From: Antedon mediterranea
Lineage: Eukaryota > Animalia > Echinodermata
Direction: 5' to 3'
Length of the DNA stretch: 64,000 nucleotides
NCBI RefSeq assembly: GCF_964355755.1
Contig: NC_092677.1
Coordinates: 3,494,101-3,558,100, forward strand
The notes beneath the pieces are model-generated. The model was given only the letters and a program-made list of their open reading frames with translations, was not told the DNA's origin and did no database searches. Positions 38,901 through 48,956 of this stretch are shown piece after piece (the stretch's first letter is position 1; the number at the start of each line of letters is the position of its first letter). The translations under genes and the position numbers were made by a program.

Positions 38901-41900
38901 TTACAGGAAATCCTGAGACCACGACCCATAATTACATTTAACATAATTTGGTATATAATCAAACACATGTAATATGATTTCTGTTTGATTTGATAGGCGG
39001 AGACAATTGTCCAAAAAGGACACGAGTATCTGGTGCATCATCTGGTAATGTACGGTTGCAAAGCTACGAACACAAGCTGGTCAAGTAGATGTAATAGTGA
39101 ACGTATGCCGCCTGATTTACAGGCGTGTGATCGTACTATGATTTATGGATGGGCAATTGGTGGTGGTGTAAGTATATTACACTACAGATAAACTAAAAGA
39201 GAAACAAACAATAATTTCCATTTTGTATAGCACATTTCAACAATAATTCATGCTCAGGGCGCCGTGTATTCGATGCTTTTAAACTACATGTATGCTTCAG
39301 CTCCCTAAAGCTGGGTTTACACTATCAAACTTTATGTGACAAAAATGTGATGTGCCCATATATGGACACGTTGATGTCATATCACCACCAAATTTGGGCA
39401 TATCACTACCTTGGGCACATTTGATAGTGTAGACAGAGCTTTAGGGTCTGTGCTGTTAATTCAGGCCTCTCCTCTGACATAAATCAGTGGCCATGTGAAC
39501 TCCGTGCCACCTACTTAACCTACACCGTCTTAAACAGATGCACAACATGTACAAGAGCATTTTTTGTACACTGGACTGGACTGTGTTATATAAGAAAGTG
39601 GCCTACTGGAATATTTCCTATGTCTGGCAGGCGAGGAGAAATTTCATATTATATAATTATTAAATAATTTTCCACGTACTATAGCCTCTTGTCCTTCCGG
39701 AGCATGTTGGTATTTCTCTTGCCAGAAAGAGTGACCCCACTGTTATTTTCCTAGAGATGCATTATGACAATCCTGCACAATCACCAGGTAAGTCGATTTT
39801 ATTTCAGAAACTGTGTAAAACTTTGAATTAAAAAAAATTGTATTCATTCAATACTTCAAAAGTGTGTTTGCAAACTCCGATTTTGCCACTGTTTGGAGAA
39901 GATTGTAAAGCCATAGACTGGGGACACTACATCCAGTCACAACCTTCTCCGAGCAATTGTGGCAAACCCAGTGGCGTAACGGCTATGAGTGCTCACTAGC
40001 TAAACCCAGGGGCCCCGGAGCTTATGGGCCCCTGAGCAGTGTCCAGAGGAAAAAGCAGGCATTAAAATATGTCGAAAAGGACTAAAAACGCCCGAAGCTC
40101 CAGCGTCGGAGGGCCACTTATAGTTCCAAAACCAGGGACCTTAGGTGTTCGAAAGGGTAGACTATAACGCTTAACACTGCAAATATTTCAACATCGTTGA
40201 TTGTATCTTTAGATTTCCACGACAATTCTGGTGTCAGGCTTTACTACACTCCCACACTTCGTCAATACGAGGCAGATGTGTGGGCACTTGGAGAGAACAT
40301 TACCCCCCTGCAAAGCATTCCACCCAATGAAACGTCATTCAAGACATTTGGATTTTGTTTTAGTAATTGTACAAAGAAAGTAAGACCAGTTATTAATTAA
40401 ATTGCAAATAAGTCCAATGACGCGCGTTACGTCATTCTAGTAATTAATCATGCATAACGGAGTGTAACTAGCGCCATCACAGAGGCGCGTATACGGAATG
40501 CTTCAAAAGAGTTGGCCTTATTACTAAACTTTTTCACTCTTAAACAATTAAGAACGAATTTGAGTAATTTAAGAACGAATTTGAGTAATTTTCCAATAGT
40601 TTTTGCTATAGGCCTACCTTGTCTGTTTCCATTAAAGCCTATTAAAATCTAGCTACCACAATATTTTGTTTATTATTATATTTAAAGGTCTTGCAGGAGG
40701 ACATTAAAGTAATGTTGGTAATGCTTCACAGTCATATTGCAGGTATGTTATCCTATCACATTTGGTACACTGTAATGGTGATCTGTTTCCTGCAGTAAAA
40801 GGTAAAAACGTAGGCAAAGTAGGCCTAACGTAAAACTTGCTTTGTGTTCTAAAATCCGAGTAGCCTATATTACAGTATTTTAAATAATGAGCTTTCGGAA
40901 AGGAATGAGATAGTGATTAACGCTACATTCATACTTTTCCGTTCGCGGAACAAAACTCTTTATATAATTTTCCATTATTTCACAACACGGCGTTGTGTCT
41001 TTCGTTCCATGAAACAGAACAAGTTGTGAATGTGGTAACTATTATTCTGCGCATGCGTATAATCCAAGTGTACTTTTTTTTATTTTTGCGTTCTTTAGCC
41101 CGGCAAATCAGTCTTCAACAATATAGTACTTTTGGTGGATTTAACGTTCGTTACCGACCCGAAAATGCTCATCTGATTCAAAACCAGAACTAAACTCGTT
41201 TGTTTTATTTACGTTCTTAGGCCGGAAAATCAGTCTTCAGCAGTATCGAGATGGAAAGTTGATCGCTGATTTGGCAATAGATGACAACTATGACTTCAAC
41301 CTTCAGGAGAACAGATACTTTAAACCTGAGAAGATTATTAAAGCCGTAAGGATTTCTAGTTAGAGCTTGATTCCCATTATAGAGACGCAATAGATGGAGT
41401 ATTCGAACAGTGGCTTGTCACTGGTCAACTCGCTCGCATTGCGTGACATCCTTGCGTTGCGTTGCGTCTCTAGTTGGAGCCACGCTTTTAGAGGACGAAC
41501 CACGCTTAAACGATAGATGTTCAGGCGGATCCGTAGTATAATCCGGATTGAATTAAAATCATCCCGCCGTTTTTACCATTTTAGTCTACACTAGGTTCAT
41601 ACAGGAAACACATATAGGCCTAATATAATAATCTTTATATGCTATCGACCGTTCATTTTTACGACGCGCAAATAGTAGACTACGCGGCGCTTTTCCAGTA
41701 AAACATTTTGAACACGCTATGAGTATGCGTTGACTTGGGGTGCGTAGTAGAGATGCGCATCGTGAAAACTTCTTGCTTAAGTGTCTCATTGGTGAAAAGG
41801 CCACCGAAAATTTAAGGAAAATTTACACAGAGGAGAGGTAACGGTAAGCTGAAAACGGTAAGCTGAAAATCAAGAATCTATGTTAATCTTATGGCCCTTT

Positions 41901-43600
41901 ACACAAAACGCTGGATGTGAGACACTGCTATGTATAGGTACCGGTGGTAGGTAGGTCATATTTGTATATTGGCATTTCTGGCTATTGTTGCAGTGTCTCG
42001 CGTTACTCTGATAAAAATAAATACATCTGATATAAGGTATGATAATGTGTATATCGAAATAATCTTTTAATGGCCAATTTCTTTTTTTTAATAGGGTGAT
42101 GACTTAGTTGTGACGTGTACGTACAACACAGTGGGTAGAACTTCTATTACAACAGTAAGCCGCCTAAGATGCCTATAGATACATTACATACATAAACATT
42201 GTTCAAACACCAAACAAAAGAAACTAGAACATCTTCGAAGAAACTATTATTTCCCAATAAAAATGACATCATGATCAATAAGAAAAATAAATCGTATGCA
42301 TTTTATAGTGCCTTAATTGATAAAATATTGTTTTCATCAAACACAGAATCGTGTTTTCTGTTTATAGGGCGGTGAAAGTACAAAAAATGAGATGTGTTTA
42401 GCGTATCTCCTTTATTATCCAAGGCAAACTCTTGTTGTTTCCTGCCTCTCAAATCCATCCTTACAGGCCTACTTTGATGCATTCAACATACCAGCTGGGT
42501 AGGTAAAGAAATAGATTATTGGCTTAGAATTGGTCCCAACAATAAGTTATCTTATAATGTAAGGGCGTGTGGCGCAATGTGTTGGACGTTCGACTACTAC
42601 TGATCGTGAGATCGAGGTTCGAATCCAACTCTCGCTTAGAGATTTCACAACATTGGGTGCTATATAAATCCAGGATATTACTATTATTATTATTATTATC
42701 TACATCAATTAATAAAAGAACCTTGATTGATTTTTGCATCTCTGAATAGATCATGTGAGATTAAAGCTTGCCTTGACATGCTAGCTTCTTCCGTCGACCC
42801 AGAGACGTTGAGGCAAGGCTTGTATGACGTTTCATACAAAGGAAAACGGCTTGATATTTGCGTAGATACGGACTTTGAACAAGTAGACGTAAGTAGGCAT
42901 TTTTCATTTTTATTTACTTTCTCAATAATGATAATCAAAATAACAGATACCTATGCCTACCTACCTACCAACAACCTACCAACCTACCTCCTACTGTACC
43001 TACCTACCGTAGGCCTACCTACCATACCTACCTACCTACTTACTTCTTACCTACCTACCTATCAACCTACCTACCTACTTACCTACCTACCTCCTACCGT
43101 ACCTACCTACCTACTTACCTACCTCTTACCTCTTACGTACCTATCAACCTACCTACCTACCATACCTACCTACATACCTACCTACTTACCTCTTACGTAC
43201 CTATCAACATATCAACCTACCTACCGTACCTACCTACTTACCTACCTACCTACCTACCTACCTACTTACCTCTTACCTCTTACGTACCTATCAACCTACC
43301 TACTGTACCTACTTACCTCTTACCTCTTACGTACCTATCAACCTACCTACCTACCTATCAACCTACCTACCTATCCTCTTATGACCCTTTCGCACCAGGC
43401 CGATTAACAGTTAAATTTAACCAAATTAAGATGGACATCCCGAGGAATTCCCCGTGTGGTTCAGTGAGAACGACAGGATGGAAGATACCAACGATGTATG
43501 CAGTAAGCCTAACGACTCGCCGAGTAGTAGCGTGACATTGAGGGCGGCAGCATCTATCATAGCGTTGATACTCATAGTGTCATGGTGGCTAACACTCTAG
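35997..43600 (+). CDS. MOXD1: DBH-like monooxygenase (MOXD1-like) copy 2; last-exon acceptor lost
   Basis: Exons at about 35997-36267, 36625-36771, 37900-38073, 38486-38572, 38997-39167, 39683-39787, 40212-40379, 40688-40742, 41221-41345, 42094-42154, 42368-42498, 42750-42888 and ~43437-43600. VHH, MHYDNP, HSH and EMC are intact. Confidence 0.88.
37590..37865 (-). mobile_element. RTE-type LINE 3' fragment (paralogous copy at 52885-53165)
   Basis: WKPEGR.RVGRPK.TWRR, typical of the RTE RT C-terminus. Confidence 0.75.
42564..42700 (+). mobile_element. Short tRNA-derived SINE with LINE-like tail (also at 57558-57700)
   Basis: A-box TGGCGCAATG, B-box GGTTCGAATCC, and tail GCTATATAAATCC followed by (ATT)n. 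Confidence 0.7.
42948..43378. repeat. (CCTA)n-derived compound microsatellite
   Basis: ~430 bp here versus ~30 bp at the paralogous site 57968-57996. Confidence 0.95.
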
Positions 43601-43689
43601 GCCTGAATATTTTACTATGCATCTTTTCTATATGAAATTATATTTTTGTGAAATTAAATACAATATTTTGTGTTAATCTCATAGCAATA

Positions 43690-43835
43690 CAGTCTCAAAC
43701 ATATTTTATAAAAAATAATAGTATTCATACCCATAAAACTAGATCCTCCTGTAACCTCCACCCGCCCCTTACCAAATTTACATAAATGCAACATAATATC
43801 CGTTATAGTGGCACCAAATTATTTAATGATCTCCA
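43690..43835 (+). mobile_element. CR1/L2-type LINE ORF2 C-terminal fragment downstream of the MOXD1 stop (also at 58350-58515 and 59965-60140)
   Basis: IHTHKTR.SCNLHPPLTK...NIRYSGTKLFNDL resembles the H.Y.TR...G.KLWN.L motif. Confidence 0.6.
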
Positions 43836-43859
43836 CCTTCATCAAGGATGTATATTGTT

Positions 43860-44281
43860 AAGCGAGTGAAGACAGCTAAAGACTACAGCTTCAGGAAAGA
43901 CCTAATGAAAAGGGTCTTTGACAGGGTCATTTATGGTAAGTTATATTTCTTCATTGTTATTATGCCTTGTCTGCAAATCTGAAAATCTTCAAAGCTCTGT
44001 CTACTCTGTGACAAAAAATGTGGTGTACCCATATATGGACATGATGATGTCATAATACTGTACCACCATATTTGGGCACATCACACAACTTTTGGGCAAA
44101 AGTACTTTTTTACTGTTTAAGCAGTTAAAATTTAAAAAGTAATAATCTTTTTTTTTTCAAAACAGGTATCAAAGGCAAGTCAACACTTGTGAAAACTGCT
44201 GTAGCAAGCATGGAAGAGAGAAGAGGTGAAAAACCTACAAAAGCAGATGCTGTAGCCGCACACAAATCTAGAATTCGATGA
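43860..44281 (+). pseudogene. Kolobok-like transposase C-terminal remnant with an intron (also at 58540-58954 and 60165-60586)
   Basis: KDYSFRKDLMKRVFDRVIY|GIKGKSTLV...EKPTKADAVAAHKSRIR*, split by a GT-AG intron at about 43936-44165 that contains a MITE. Confidence 0.6.
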
Positions 44282-44793
44282 ATTATTACAATCCGATCTG
44301 ACCCAAAAGAATCGAAATAAATATTTGCATTTGTTTTACTTTACAATGAATTGATTGTTTTAAACAAACTAATGTATATATCTTATTGTTACTGTTTTAT
44401 TAGATCCAAAACACAAACGCAAAAAAAAAAAAATTAAAATGCTTTCATTTAAATTTATTGTTCACAGTACAGTACTTCAAAATGATTTTTTTTTAATGCA
44501 TTTGGATATTACCTGTATCTATGCAGTATTCAAGAACTATACACAAATATTTAATTGTACAAAAATGTTTCATATTACCTAAAATATGCAGTACAGTACA
44601 TACAGTATTCATGTCGTCGTTTTATAATGCAATTTATAGAAAATATTATAACTGTAGATGCTGCCAAAAGAATAATAATATTTCTACAATGTGATAGAAG
44701 GAATTTCTTTGAAAATTATTACACAGTACTACTGGACTAGTCTCACAATACTTTTGAATAAATTATTTAGTTTTTTTAAATTGTTCTGCCATG

Positions 44794-44982
44794 TTCATTC
44801 TGAAAAGTCATTGTCAAAAGGAACTTCATCTTCTATGAATCATGTGTAGTTATCACTCTACTCGGAATATTTATCTCTAATCTTCCACACACAGCAAGCT
44901 GGAATTGCTCTTCTATCTCCTTTGCTGAGTTTTGAGTAAACCCACCAGATGTAACAACGATATGCTATATACCTATATGTTC
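44794..44982 (-). pseudogene. KolX / P2X7-ballast-like (P2RX7_C) domain remnant (also at ~59500-59669 and ~61115-61297)
   Basis: YRYIAYRCYIWWVYSKLSKGDRRAIPACCVWKIRDKYSE*SDNYT*F, with two in-frame stops in the expected P...YTGF tail. It is convergent with the transposase remnant. Confidence 0.75.
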
Positions 44983-45429
44983 TGTAAATGAAGCAGAATA
45001 ACTCTGTAAGCATACTGAATAGGCTTAGTAATGTTACTGGCATATTCACTTGGGACTTTAATGTAGTACAGTATTGTTTTTCTGTTGATTATTTAGTTTA
45101 TTTCGTGAGCAACGGGCTTGCCGAGTTAACAACAATAACATTTATTATCATTTCCTACTAAGAAAAAGGGATCGTTTACGATTTAGTTTATACCATTCTT
45201 AGAATAATCAGGAAAGGATTCTGAATTGATGTTATTGTTTGTTTTTTTTTCTTCCTGCCAAAACAATCAATGGCATAACATAGGCGCGGCCTAGGCTTAG
45301 TAGTAGAAAACATACTACTAGGCCTAGTAGTAGTAGTACACATACGCCTAGTAGTAGTAGTAGTACACATACTACTAGGCCTAGTAGTAGTACTACTAGG
45401 CTACTGCTGTAGGTCTAAACAAAACTAGA

Positions 45430-46110
45430 GTCGATGTAATGAGATATAAAGATTCGGCAATACCGTACGTAAATTATTAATGCAATACTGTATAAAGACT
45501 CGATAGTATGTAAATGAGATATAAAGATTCGGCAATACCTTAGTACGTAAATTATTATTGCAATACTGTAAAAAGATTATATGAGATATACTGGATTCAG
45601 CAATACCGTACGTAAATTATTAATGCAATACTGTATAAGGATTCGATAGTATGTAAATGAGATATAAATATTCGGCAATACCGTACGTAAATTATTATTG
45701 CAATACTGTAAAAAGATTCGATAGTATGTAAATGAGATAAAAAGATTCGGCAATACCGTATACGTAAATTATTATTGCAATACTGTATGAAGATTCGATA
45801 GTATGTAAATGATATAAATGTTCGGCAATACCGTACGTAAATTATTAATGCAATACTGTATAAAGATTCGATAGGAGAGTGCTCAAGAAACGTCGGGTCA
45901 AGAGATATAAATAAACAAATAAATAGTACGTAAATGAGACATAAAGGTTCAATAGTATGTAGATTATGATGCGTAAATTATTAATGATTCGATAGTATAT
46001 GTAAATATATTTAGTTAGTTAATATTAAAATACAAATAAAAAATATACATTGATCTATCGGCAGGCAAACTAAATTATTATAGAAATATAAAGATTCGAT
46101 AGTACATGAT
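45430..46110. repeat. ~75-bp minisatellite (also at 61740-62275)
   Basis: GTAAATGAGATATAAAGATTCGGCAATACCGTACGTAAATTATTAATGCAATACTGTATAAAGATTCGATAGTAT, ~6 units here and ~4 in the next duplication unit. Confidence 0.9.
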
Positions 46111-48247
46111 CTGGCTTATATTTATTGGTTTGACCATACATACAGCTGTAACTCAACTCGCCATAGGCCATGGCGTTGACAACCGACAATCAAAGATTGT
46201 GGCGTTCAATACAAATGACGATATTAAACGGCCGCTTCGACAATACTCCGTTTGTGCCTGCCTAATACTCTAGGCTTTAGCTAGTTATAATAGTATGCAG
46301 TAGGCCTAGAGTAGTAGAAAGGGGCCAAATCTGAGTGGGAGAGTAGGGCCTACTCAACTCTGAGTCTAGCCAGTGTCTCTCTGTACTTACCGGTTTGTCA
46401 TTTTATCCTGTTGTACTTTCCCTCCAAGGATTTCTTTTTTACAGGCGTAAACAAGTTCTAAGACGTCTTTAGTCGCATATCAGTACAAGTTTAGTATTTC
46501 AAGATGTGGTATAAGATTTCGTCTTCAATATTAAGGCTTGTCTCAGTAATTTCAAATCGATCATTCTATATAGATAAATGCATTAGCTGTCAAAAGTGAA
46601 TTGATGGGTATTGAAACATTTCACCATATTAAAGATTATAATAATATCAACTATGATTTTGACAGTTATTATCATATGATACAAGTCATAGTTTAGTACT
46701 TTAAAGGAAATGAACTAAAGTGAGGTTGATGAGAATGTCTTGATGTTTCGGGTTTTTTATACTATTCTAAATGATTTAATCACTGAATCTTGTGTCATTG
46801 GTATATAAATCTCTAGAAAATACATCATGATTGTATTGGCTGTTCACTTTGTTGCATTGTGAATTTGACATCCCTCCAAGTATTAACATTAGAAACATTG
46901 CTAAAAATAATGATTTTAGAATTATTTCCATTTTCCTATCATGATGTTATGGACAGTTCCTGCAGCATCCAAGTTTTTAAGAGGTATGGGATGTACAAGG
47001 GTGCTAGAGTGTGTCAAACAACAATGCTGTCCCATACTTAGATGTGGTCTCCCTAAGGTGTCAATCTGCAGCTTGGACCAGTTGGTTCTGATTGGCTTTG
47101 CAGGTGTTGGACCCTTCTAGGCAAATATCAAATCAAGCAATTTTCAAGTCAATCATGTGACTTACGTTGCGTTACGTTCTTGCATTGCGTCGATAGTGGG
47201 AACCAAGAAGGCCGGTGATTTCATCAATCACAAGTGGATTTTTAAACTGTCGCTTGTCGTTAGTCAACTCGCTTTCGTTGCATTTACGTCCTTCCGTTGC
47301 GTCTCTAAAGCTCTGTCTACACTACCAAAAAAGTGTGATACGACATCATCATGTATATATTTGGGCACACCACATTTTTTTTTGTCACATAAAGTTTGAT
47401 AGTGTAGACAGAGCTTGAGTGGGAACCACGCTTTAAGACGAGATGAACGATGGCAATTAGTTTTAGTTTTACTGTTATTCTAGGATTTCTGAAACGGGCG
47501 ACGGATTTAGATGAAGAACCTAGGCCCTAGGTTTAGAGGCCTCTGCACATGCGTAGCAATAATGTTACCAATTTTAAAATGTATGTGTTATTACTACCTT
47601 TATTATTGATAAGATGTCAAGAATAAATATAACGATTTATAATTTCATGGTGGCAGACAAACATGGGGCGCGAGACTCTAGCACCTTTTTTACACTGGTC
47701 AACATCTCTAATGTAATTCCTATCATTAAGTGTAAATGTTTACTTACCATATATAGACATGCGAGTCATAATATTATATATCGCATTTAATCGAAGGTTG
47801 ATTAAAAAAATAAAAACATTTTTCCTTTTTAAATAAACAGTAGGCCTGTGTATGAAAAGTAAATCAGCCTATAAAGTACTAATAAAAAAAAATATAATAA
47901 TTAATAATTCGTAAGTATTTACATTATGATGTATATTCCTTTTCCAACCTTAACGAATATTTTACGAGCCCTATAGTGTCGTTTCCGGATTTGAACCCCG
48001 ACTTCATCTATAAGGTGGGCGCCTTAACTATTAGACCACTAGACATTTTAAAAGTGTCTACTTATTGTTTCTCGTACTTACCACCATCGTTTTTTTTTCG
48101 ATTATGTATGACACGGCAAAATGAATGAATAATTATTCATATTTTGTTCGTCTTAATTATAAAAAGTTATATAATAACGTTATTAGCTATAGTATTGTGT
48201 ACATAGACCATTTATATTATTTTGTTTCTAAATAAATACAGTATTGT

Positions 48248-48620
48248 AACAAGAATATTTCTTACAAAAAACGCTGCTCGCTTATTGTTATTGCTAAGGT
48301 CAAGTCTGGGGGTCACTTCATCACGCCTAGATACTTCAAGTATCCTATTACAAACAAAAACTTCAATGGACTGTTTTGATAATAATTCAATGATTATCTG
48401 ACAGCGAATTATATCATGGGACTCATAAATACCAGAATGCTTTGGGATTTGTCGTTAGACTCTTTTCTCAGCCGTTTTTGGATTCAACAGGTGGTACCAA
48501 TAAATTATAGTGGAGTTTCCATTTTAACAAAAATGTCAAAGTGTAGTACTATAAAGCTGCTTGATTTCATCTAATGAATGAGTCATCTCGTGTGACGTAG
48601 CGGGCTAGAGCAGCAGCGTG
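48248..48620 (-). mobile_element. Helentron-like non-autonomous insert
   Basis: Absent at the paralogous site ~31591. No TSD, and it abuts an A/T run. On the minus strand it has subterminal inverted repeats CGCTGCTGC/GCGAGCAGCG, a 3' hairpin AAGAA-ATA-TTCTT and a CTTGTT end. The same terminus is at 5424-5461. Confidence 0.6.
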
Positions 48621-48956
48621 AAAAAAAGTTTTTTTTATCCATATTTTTGTAAATTAAATAAAACTACTTTATACCGCGGTTAATCTAAAAATACCCCTAT
48701 GTTGCAGTGGTATGTTCCAAATAATGCCTGGTAGAATAATTCCAGTTGGTGCGTCGATCGCCCATATGGAAGTGTTATTACAGTCGTGTGGTTGGTAGAA
48801 GACTGACAACATTAATAGTTAACGCTAAATGAAAAATGGAAATTTTGCTTATGTAGGCATATACTGAAGAGAGCGATTTACTAATTCTATAAATTAAAGA
48901 AGAGTGGTATTGAAGGAGTTTCGAAACAGAGTTGAACAACGAATACATAAGGCAGC

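Larger units (their letters stand above)
30457..47155 (+). repeat. Tandem segmental duplication unit containing MOXD1 copy 2
   Basis: Sequence starting CTTACGTTGCGTTACGTTCTTGC at ~30458 recurs at 47161 and 63361. Confidence 0.9.

Noticed and set aside
44858-45049. Host P2X7 receptor gene
   Set aside because: Only the ballast-like domain is present, it has in-frame stops, there are no channel exons, and it lies convergent to a transposase remnant.
45285-45405. TAGGCCTA/TAG palindromic cluster as a structured RNA or origin
   Set aside because: It is low-complexity sequence and the motif is common throughout the window. Nothing else supports a function.
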